From contig JYFJ02003461.1 of the NCBI GenBank assembly GCA_000934665.2, positions 1 to 41,183 of the forward strand: a stretch of DNA of 41,183 bases, read 5' to 3'. The notes under the pieces are model-generated. The model made no database searches, had not been told where the DNA came from, and saw nothing but the letters and a program-made list of their open reading frames with translations. The position numbers and the translations under genes were made by a program. Origin of the DNA: Catajapyx aquilonaris (lineage: Eukaryota). Within the stretch, counting starts at the first letter, position 1; every line of letters starts with the position of its first letter. Below are positions 34,035-41,183 of this stretch, one piece after another.

Positions 34035-37026
34035 GTTATTGTTAGAGCATCATTCGAAAGGCCATACATATGTTTCTACACCCGTGCATACGGCCATACC
34101 CAGAGACTAATTGGGCGAACCATCACTGTGAAGGAGGGAAGGGTGGGTGGGTCGAGGCGGGGGAAGGGATGAGGTGACGGGAGAGACGCTGCTCGAGATG
34201 TGCACCTGATGCCCGTCAGGACAGGAATGACGAGGTCCCACCCCCAAGTGCATGAGAGGAATGGGGGGCAATCGGAAGGTGGTGACAACAATATGCGGCA
34301 GACCAATTAGAGGGCATAACCAAACATTATGAATAGGATTTTAAATTTATAGACTAGGAAAACCCTCGGTCTGATCGCATTTTCCTAGGGCGCAGGCCTA
34401 GAAAACCACTCGCTTCGCTCGCTCTTTTCTAGGCTTGCGGCCTTGGGTACCTATTCGGGGCACCATATCGCCGGGGGAGGGTGTAACGTTAGCCCTTCAG
34501 CAGTCTTCGAACGGCCCAATTAGTGAGAGGTGAGAACATGTCTGTCCTGTGTCTGTCGTTCCATAAAGGGAACTGACTCTGTAAACAACTTCACAGTAGT
34601 GCCAACTGGGCAAGAAGTCAGAGAAGGGATGGACAGTTTCCCCTACAACCCAACAGAGGAGTTGTTTACACCCCATTGCGCATAAGTAGAACGCAGGGCC
34701 AATGGGGAGGTGGCGGTAACAATATGTGGCGGACCAATCAGAGGGCTCGGCCAACTCCCGCAAGGATTTTAATATTAAAGATTTCATTACCAGACATGGA
34801 ATCTAAATCAAAATTAGACATTAGACAGCCTGCCTCCATGTTATACTCCTGACACACAAATAGTGCAAGAGTGAAGAATAGGAAATGGTAAAAGAAATTC
34901 AGCATTACACTGGATTCCCAATCAGACGGTTGCAGATTATCCGTGCATGCATCCGTACATGCATGAGGTGGGTAGTTGACCATAAAGAGCAGTTAACTGT
35001 TATTCACAGCCAAAATAATGGTACCAGAACCTATTCAGACTCACCCACTGCTGCATCAGTGATGCACGTCTTTTATAATGTTCGACATGCCTTTCCAGGT
35101 CATTCATACGCAGATGTGCCTTCGCAAGCTCACTTTGCAGCTTAAGTTGAACACTCATTTGTTGACAAAAAATTCTCTCCAAATCCTGTGACAAGACAAA
35201 CAAGCTTGATATAACAACAACAAAAAACAACAACACCATCACGACATTTCCCTATAAGGGGTAGTCAGTGATGAAGGGAGACGCAAGTTAACCAAACTTA
35301 TCAACTATATTAAAACTTACAAAAAAAAGACTATAAACAACCCGCCCCACTCCCCAACCCTGCCCATCTCAGACGACGGACAGGGTGTCAGGTACCCCGA
35401 GTACCATGTGCCGGCAAGCAGGATCCTCTCTGGCCACTCCGACACCCTGGCTGCCTGGTTGACTTCACTCCTGCCCTAAGATAAGGCATGCAGGCCCTAC
35501 TATAACAACAACAATAGTGATATAACAATAATAATACAGGTTGACTATCTCTTATCTGAAACTCGGAAAACCAAAAAGTTCTGATACCAAAAGTTTTTCC
35601 ATGGATGTCATCTGCAAAACAAAGCTTACTGTTGTAGCCAGGCATGTTCCAATGCAACCCACAACTATTATGACATAGATGCACCCTCTTCTGCACGATC
35701 TTCATTCTATGGATAATGTGGTTTTACTGTATAAAACTGTACAAAACTACTTCCAGGGTTAACGTATAACCGCTATTAAGTTTTAAAATGTATATGGATA
35801 TCATGTTCAGGCATTTATCCCATCCCAAAGCTGTCCTAATTTTTATATGCAAATATACAAATATTCCAAAATCCAAAATTTGAAACACTTCCAGTTCCAA
35901 GCATATCGCATTATCAGGATTCTCAACCAGTAGGCAATATGAGAGCATCCATTGTCCAACATAGAGATTGAAATCATAACCTGAGAAAAAAAGCTAGGGT
36001 CTAACCCTTTGATGGAGGAGTTTTTTCGGCAATTTTTTTCTTTTCTTGGTAAAAATTTGTAGTAGGAGTGATATTAATGAAAAACAATATGCTCCAATAG
36101 TTATCATTTTAACTAGTGGTGGTCCTTTTGAATGTAAAATGCAGAAAAAGTTATCTACAGGGTGTTCCAGAAGAAATTTTTAAATGCAATTAACTTAAAT
36201 GTAATTAAACTGATTTCAATTTTTAAAGTCACTATAAAATTGTTACTATGCTTACAAAATAATACTAAAACACTGTACTATGAGAAATTCCGAGAGTCCA
36301 GACTCACGGGGCACCCTGTTCTGACGCCGCAGGAGGGGGGATGTTTAGCTCACGCTGGGAGGCGGAAAAACTGATTAAGTGATTAGCATACGCCATAGTA
36401 GTTGAGCCCCCTTCCACGAGGTGGTAAGAGCAGTTTGAGCATCAAACTGTGCCATTTCTGTCTAAACTCTAGCAGGCCCAGTTCAAAAACCAGCAGATCA
36501 TATGATGATCGTACGCCTCAAAGGGTTAACTTGTTTTGGAAGAATGCAAGTTACATTCTGCAGGCAGCTTCTGTACTGTGCAAGAGGACAAAAGACAGAT
36601 ACAAAAGAAAACTTGTCTGCAGCATGCCATTAACTCAAACAGCCACACATAGTTGCAATACTGGTTGATTGTACTCAATGGAGAGAGGAGATAAGGAGGA
36701 TGTGTGTGTCACACATGGAGCTCTGTATGGGACTGTCAATTGACTGTGGCATATTGCCCACAAGTGTTGGCCCCTGGCTGAGTCAGAGCAGTCACTGGCA
36801 CTTGCAAAAAAAAATCCACTTATTTGATACTGAGAAGTTAAATGAAGCTGATAACAATATATTATGACAAAACTTTAAAACATACCTGACGTGTGTAATA
36901 AGATGACTGTAGTGCCTTCAATTCCTCTCCAACTTTTGCTGCTTCTTCTTCTGTTAATTGTTTTCTTTTTTTGGTGGGCCGAGACACTACAATTTCATCA
37001 GAGTCTGGTGAATGATCTGGTGGCAT
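27976..37026 (-). CDS. ATF7IP: ATF7IP/MCAF/Windei-like protein (SETDB1/Eggless cofactor family), 338 aa as assembled: 36886-37026, 35045-35185, 33736-33852, 32360-32464, 28793-29027, 28548-28714, 27976-28086
   Basis: All junctions are GT-AG and in phase (1017 nt). The C-terminus has HPAPLP, YQVFAYQE, KALPLPMA and KYHFAVRAIDVHSRFGPFSDP, typical of the ATF7IP FN3 domain. An upstream coiled coil is followed by PVKITRSVGLQ. Orthologue vs paralogue status is unknown. Confidence 0.85.
28548..28714 (-). CDS. ATF7IP: ATF7IP-like FN3 exon (GIGLAWD...YQVFAYQE...KALPLPMAFKLAK)
   Basis: 78-nt upstream intron, acceptor cttttgcag|GT, donor AAG|GTGATT, 167 nt. Confidence 0.9.
28793..29027 (-). CDS. ATF7IP: ATF7IP-like exon (VQPNTT...HPAPLP...LELRVSLEDN)
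   Basis: Acceptor cttcctgcag|GTG, donor G|GTAAGA, 235 nt. Confidence 0.87.
29155..30737 (-). mobile_element. Non-autonomous Helitron (hosts a hAT MITE)
   Basis: Minus strand A|TCTATAATATTAAAATG...GAGCGAAGCGAGGGTTTTTCTAG|T: 5'-TC, 3'-CTAG, A/T insertion site, no TSD. Both ends are shared with 34354-34781. Confidence 0.75.
29234..29930. mobile_element. hAT-type MITE with TCCGGA-rich subterminal repeats
   Basis: TAGTGCTTC(A/T)ACAT...ATGTAGAAGCACTA with 8-bp TSD ATTTCTAG. Confidence 0.9.
31255..31813. mobile_element. Long inverted-repeat (foldback) element, ends not resolved
   Basis: 31255-31440 is the reverse complement of 31647-31813, with indels. Confidence 0.7.
31816..32280 (-). mobile_element. 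5'-truncated non-LTR retrotransposon, ORF2 C-terminus
   Basis: CPNCNTNDLQTLEHIFYCCPLY..PR is a CCHC-type motif typical of LINE ORF2 ends; no RT core is present. Confidence 0.75.
32360..32464 (-). CDS. ATF7IP: ATF7IP-like Pro-rich linker exon (VMVYDGQNKFVPAPVGTKAPMAGVPQKLVPATPPV)
   Basis: Acceptor ccttacag|GTT, donor GTG|GTAAGA, 105 nt, phase 0/0, open frame. No conserved motif, so it could be skipped without a frameshift. Confidence 0.65.
32660..33017 (+). mobile_element. tRNA-derived SINE, family B, inserted in a small palindromic MITE
   Basis: Degenerate A and B boxes, (ATT)n tail, TSD AATT(T/C)AGCAGT (32649-32659 / 33018-33028). Confidence 0.85.
33736..33852 (-). CDS. ATF7IP: ATF7IP-like exon (VNNLTVVKRR...VPVKITRSVGLQARMDV)
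   Basis: Acceptor cctatttcag|GTG, donor GTG|GTAAGG, 117 nt; PVKITRSVGLQ recalled from arthropod Windei-family proteins. Confidence 0.82.
33978..34040 (+). repeat. (ATT)n microsatellite
   Basis: Read directly from the sequence. Confidence 0.95.
34050..34353 (-). mobile_element. 3'-truncated Helitron copy abutting the next copy
   Basis: Minus strand starts TCTATAAATTTAAAATCC; similar to 30440-30737. Confidence 0.65.
34354..34781 (-). mobile_element. Non-autonomous Helitron
   Basis: A|TCTTTAATATTAAAATCC...GAGCGAAGCGAG...GGGTTTTCCTAG|T. Confidence 0.75.
35045..35185 (-). CDS. ATF7IP: ATF7IP-like coiled-coil exon (DLERIFCQQ...RRASLMQQW)
   Basis: Acceptor tcttgtcacag|GAT, donor TGG|GTGAGT, 141 nt, heptad-like pattern. 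Confidence 0.8.
35537..35930. mobile_element. pogo/Tigger-like MITE
   Basis: TA|CAGGTTGA.TATC.CTTAT ... GGATTCTCAACCAG|TA (degenerate). Confidence 0.6.
36886..37026 (-). CDS. ATF7IP: ATF7IP-like first identifiable coding exon (MPPDHSPDSDEIVVSRPTKKRKQ...YYTRQ); exon starts at 37081
   Basis: Acceptor tttttcaacag| at 37082, donor CAG|GTATGT, basic NLS-like PTKKRK; in-frame TGA at 37051-37053 upstream of the ATG. Confidence 0.65.
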
Positions 37027-37627
37027 CTTTTTGCTTCTGAGGCAAGTAGCTCAGACACCTTCAGCTTTCTTCGAGGTGTATCTGTTGAAAAATGAAAGCT
37101 TCCTCATTACAATGAACTACACAAAGAAACTAACAAAGAAAAAAGCCACACCAAGTAGGCCTACTGTTATCAGGTAAAGAATCAAAAATTGAAAGCAAAT
37201 GCCATTTGTCACACAACCCATTTAGCATATCAGCAATGTTATAAAGTTAATTCACATACCTGTGTTTCATTAGTTAGCTCACATCTGTATCAGTTGAAAT
37301 ATCTTGCATACTCCTGCATCATGTTGGTATTCCTTTTCCAAAGCAGACCCACAAATACACATGCGTCAGCAAAACTGAATATGCATTTCCCAGCGACACT
37401 AGTCTCTTTCTTAAGCTTCGACCCTCTCAGGCCATCAACAGGATTTGTGAGAGTTCACAATATTTTTGTTGATACACATGTGAGCTACATTATGATACAC
37501 ACTGTATACACAATTATTTGGCACCAGCAGTTTGCAATTTGTTGAAGAGCGATCTAAAAAATCGTGACAAGCATGAATAGGGCTTTAGGAATATAAATGT
37601 CATTGCCCTGAGATATGCAGGCATGTG

Positions 37628-38016
37628 CAGTCCCGCTCATCATAAAGAATGGTACGACTCTATGGACGACGTGTTTATTCTGATATCCACCATTATTCCC
37701 AACCTGATTTCGTCGCGACACTATGGACAACTTGTCCTAGATCTCTGGCGACCCATATGACCCCCTCCTGAATTTTTCCGAAATTTTTCATTACCAAAAT
37801 GTTCAACCTGGTACAACGCTTACATAGATTTGAGATGAATTTCCCCCCTTAAATTATCTTACTTTGCCTTGTTTTTTTCTTCTCTTTTTTTCTCGATTTT
37901 AATTGCCTTTTCCCAGCCTTCCTCATGACCCCTAAAAACATGCTGGTAACCCAGGGGTTGGGAACAGAATAAACATTTTGTCCATAGAGTCGTACCATTC
38001 TTTATGAGTGGTACTG
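37628..38016. mobile_element. Tc1/mariner-type MITE
   Basis: Inverted CATAAAGAATGGTACGACTCTATGGAC..TGTTTATTCTG arms; right end ACTG|TA. Confidence 0.75.
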
Positions 38017-38109
38017 TACTGTACCTGCACAGTAAGTAAAAATAATTGATACCCAGATGTTAACGAAGTGAGTAAAACAGTAGCCTTTAAAACAATTTGC
38101 CAGCAGTTG

Positions 38110-38261
38110 CCATATTTGACGGCATATAAGATGCACTTTCCCCCAAAAACTTGCTCAAAAAAATCTCTCTGCGTCTTAAATGTGAACATACAATACGAAG
38201 TTTTGTTTACTGAATACGATCTGCTAAAATGGGGGTGCGTCTTACATGCCGTCAAATATGG
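38110..38261. mobile_element. Short pogo/Tc2-like MITE
   Basis: CCATATTTGACGGCAT.TAAGA ... TCTTACATGCCGTCAAATATGG. Confidence 0.72.
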
Positions 38262-38338
38262 GAATTCAAAAATGAAGACATCACACAAATATGGACCAGC
38301 AGTTAGCATAAAGAGCACTGCATATTGTACAGACTCTA

Positions 38339-38656
38339 GGGGAGTGGTGCTGCAGTAACGTATGCGCCCATGGATGTTAAGGTCCTGGGTTAGATCCCAG
38401 CCCAGGGACACCCCCTTCATCTCGTGCAGAGTTGGGTCATCTCTGGCTTCATCTCGGGTGGAATTTCAGCTAGACATGTCCACCCGGGGGCGTTCATAAA
38501 TTATGTACCATCTTGGAAACTTTGCCATCAGCTCCTGTCATCCTGCCCGTGGGCCCAGGCAATTCAAATGAATAGGCACCAAAATGTAACACCAATCAAT
38601 AAAAAATAAATAAAGGTCAAAGTGCTTGTGCCCAAGGGGTCAGAAGCACTACCCAC

Positions 38657-38719
<63 letters not shown>
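38339..38719 (+). mobile_element. tRNA-derived SINE, family B, with a long (ATT)n tail
   Basis: 16-bp TSD TATTGTACAGACTCTA (38323-38338 / 38720-38735); similar to the 32660 copy. Confidence 0.88.
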
Positions 38720-38723
<4 letters not shown>

Positions 38724-38771
38724 GTACAGACTCTATCAACCAACCATACTTTCATTAGCTAATGTGGGTGT

Positions 38772-39407
38772 TAGTTTTGAAATGCTAAGAAATGTCTAAA
38801 GTTTTGGTCTTGCTATAGTTTGTTTCGATATGAGCTCCATTTGTTGTCTGGAAAATGTAAATACGGTAATTGGGGCCTTGCCTAATCCACGCAGACATGT
38901 CTGGCGTAACCATTGAAATATTTTCCCGTAGGTGCTGGAGATGCCAGATCTTTTCGCCATACATGTATCTCTACAAAAAAGTCAATTGGGATCAGATCTG
39001 GACTTCTGGGAGGGGCTGGGCATTTAGAAACTTTTCATTCAAGACTTTGCACAATGGGAGGCTGAACAAATGAAACTTTCCTAGTGCAGGTTTGTTTCAT
39101 GGATGAGGTGACCTTTTATGTAAAATGTAAATCATCAAGAACAATGCTTGTGGTGTAAAGACCAATCACCTCCAGCACCTACGGGATAAGATTGAAAGGG
39201 TAACTACAGATATGATTGAGCGGGTTTGGCACGAGGCCAAATACAGTTTTTAAAATCTGCCGAGCAACAAATGAAGCTCATATCGAAACAAACAAAGGTC
39301 AGATCAAAACTTTAGACATTTCTTAGCATTTCAAAACTTAAATCATTGTCTACAAGTTTACGAGTTATAAGGTTTCAAAATCCACGCATTCTTTTTCGAT
39401 CACCCTA
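38772..39407 (+). mobile_element. Tc1-like derivative whose 3' end is duplicated in inverted orientation at the left
   Basis: Right arm encodes MIERVWHEAKYSF*..CRATNEAHIE, and 38774-38880 is its reverse complement. A related right end lies at 1320-1400. Confidence 0.7.
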
Positions 39408-39794
39408 TATTATTTTCTTCATTTGCGAGACATTTGACATTTTTTTCGGATTTCATTTCTAAATTAATTTTTTGGCAATGCACGGATAATCCGCACCCGG
39501 ATAATCGGGAGTACAGTGTACACATTTTCCCATTAAGAGTGTGTGTTACAATTGACCTCGCCCTCTGTTACAACCACACCTATGATGGTGTCAGTTGTAA
39601 CACTCTGCCTTGTCTTGGAAAAACATTCATAAATCTATCGATTTTCAATCTTAAGAATTTTTAATGTTAATTTTAAGGAGAGGAATGTTGATTTATTTCC
39701 ACCATGTCATAAACTTTTACCTAAATGCATAAGTAACAGAATTAAAAGTTCTAAACGAAAAAGTGTTACAACCGACCCTGATCTCCCAGCTACA

Positions 39795-40490
39795 TCTGAA
39801 AGCTTCACAATGTCTTCTTTTTTTCAACATAGTTTCTCGCCAAATTGAGTTATTTGTCATAGAGTTGCACAAGATTTTGTATGCCTACATCATAGAAGTT
39901 TGACTCCAGCCATTTCCTCAACCCCTGAATGCTGGACTGCAACTCCTCGTCATTGTCAAACCTATGCTTTGCATGCCATTTCTTCATGTCCATGCCGCTA
40001 CGTTTGTTCAACCCAAAGGTTTATTGTGAGACATTACAAAAGTTAAGGATGGCCATAATAAAGAAACATAGCAGCATGTTCAGTTCCGGAGTGTTTTTCT
40101 TGCATGACAATGCCGCCAGCCTACTGCCTTGCGTACTGGAATCCTGCCGCAACAATTAATGTGAGAATATTATTGTTCAATCACCTTCCTCAGAGCTGGG
40201 ATTTAGAGCCTAGCGATTATCACATGTCCATAGACATGAAGAAATTGCATGCAAAACAGAGGTTTGACGATGACGAGAAGTTGTAGACCAGCGTTCAGGG
40301 GTCATGGAAATGGTTGGAAGCACACTTCTATGACATAGGCATACAAAATATTCTGTAACCCTATGACACATGCCTCTAGATTTGGCTGGAAACTATGTTG
40401 AAAAAAAAGTACACAGTTGAAGCTTCGTATAATAAAAATTCTGGAGGTGCTTTGTAGATTTTATAATACAAAAGTTACTTTCCGGATGGG
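39795..40490 (+). mobile_element. mariner derivative with an inverted duplication of the transposase 3' end
   Basis: YCETLQKLRMAI..FFLHDNA and HLPQSWDLEPSDYH..QRFDDDEKL (YSPDLAPSDY-like); 39799-39994 mirrors 40223-40426. Confidence 0.85.
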
Positions 40491-40523
40491 ATGGTGAAAA
40501 CCTGGGCTTGAAAGTTGAAAATT

Positions 40524-41183
40524 GAAGGGGTCGGTGAGAGATAATCGTATGCCACAATTTCATATTTTTCGAGATGCAGGTATATTCCTACTGTGGCAGC
40601 ACCGGTTTACCTATGGACACAGTACAGTTTCGAAAATTGTGAACAGACGGCTATGAGATCTCTACGATTTTCTCAGATTTTGAAAAGTGACAAATATTCA
40701 GTGGTGTCACAATCGTAAGCCACACCAAGATGGCCGCCATTGGGAGAGGAGGGTCTTCTTCATCTGCGAGAAAACGTTTATTTGTGGCGACGGAATCAAG
40801 TGAGCAAGAATCTGACATGAGTTCAACTGACTCTGACGAGTCATGGAAGCCATCCAGAAGTGAATCATCTTCCGGAAACGATCAGGTGGGTCCATAGTTT
40901 CGTTTCAAAAAAAAATGTGGCTTATGATTATATCTGTTTCAAAACGGTTTTCATGAAAGCTTTATTAAATTTTAATAAAGCTTTCATGCAAAGCCGTTTT
41001 GAAACAGATGTAATCATAATAAGCCACAATTTTTTTGAAACGAAACTATAGACCCACCTGATCGTTTCCGGAAGATGATTCCAAGTACTAGTCAGGATTT
41101 CTTTTTATCGTTATCCTCGATACCACCCACTGGGGAAGAAAAGAATGTCGAAAGGGAGGAGGAAAGCGAAGACGGACGATTAT
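40524..41183 (+). mobile_element. Left end of a Sola1-like transposon with an acidic ORF start (ATG 40730) interrupted by a palindrome; runs off the window
   Basis: AATT|GAAGGGGTCGGTG is the same terminus as the 5494 MITE; ORF MAAIGRGGSSSSARKRLFVATESSEQESDMSSTDSDESWKPSRS. Confidence 0.55.
40862..41081. repeat. 220-bp near-perfect palindrome
   Basis: GAATCATCTTCCGGAAACGATCAGGTGGGTC...GACCCACCTGATCGTTTCCGGAAGATGATTC, centred near 40971 with almost no spacer. Confidence 0.92.

Overview
Eukaryotic genomic DNA, most likely from a large-genome, TE-rich insect or other arthropod (spliceosomal GT-AG introns, tRNA-derived SINEs, many MITEs, an arthropod-type Inr/DRE promoter). Most of the supplied six-frame ORFs are spurious. 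Two multi-exon genes were reconstructed by hand, both on the minus strand. (1) Rop/Munc18-1/unc-18 (Sec1 family), CDS 19231->4228, 654 aa. It has a pair of tandem-duplicated, equal-length (104 nt) mutually exclusive exons encoding the syntaxin N-peptide pocket, and a 78-aa Gly/Pro low-complexity segment replacing a ~9-aa loop of domain 2. (2) An unusually compact ATF7IP/MCAF/Windei-like gene, CDS 37026->27976, 338 aa as assembled: basic NLS, coiled coil with PVKITRSVGLQ, and a divergent C-terminal FN3 domain. Introns and intergenic DNA hold nested hAT, Tc1/mariner, pogo, piggyBac, PIF/Harbinger and Sola-like MITEs, Helitrons, SINEs and LINE fragments; target-site duplications are visible for many. 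Family assignments rely on recalled reference sequences and motifs, not on database searches.
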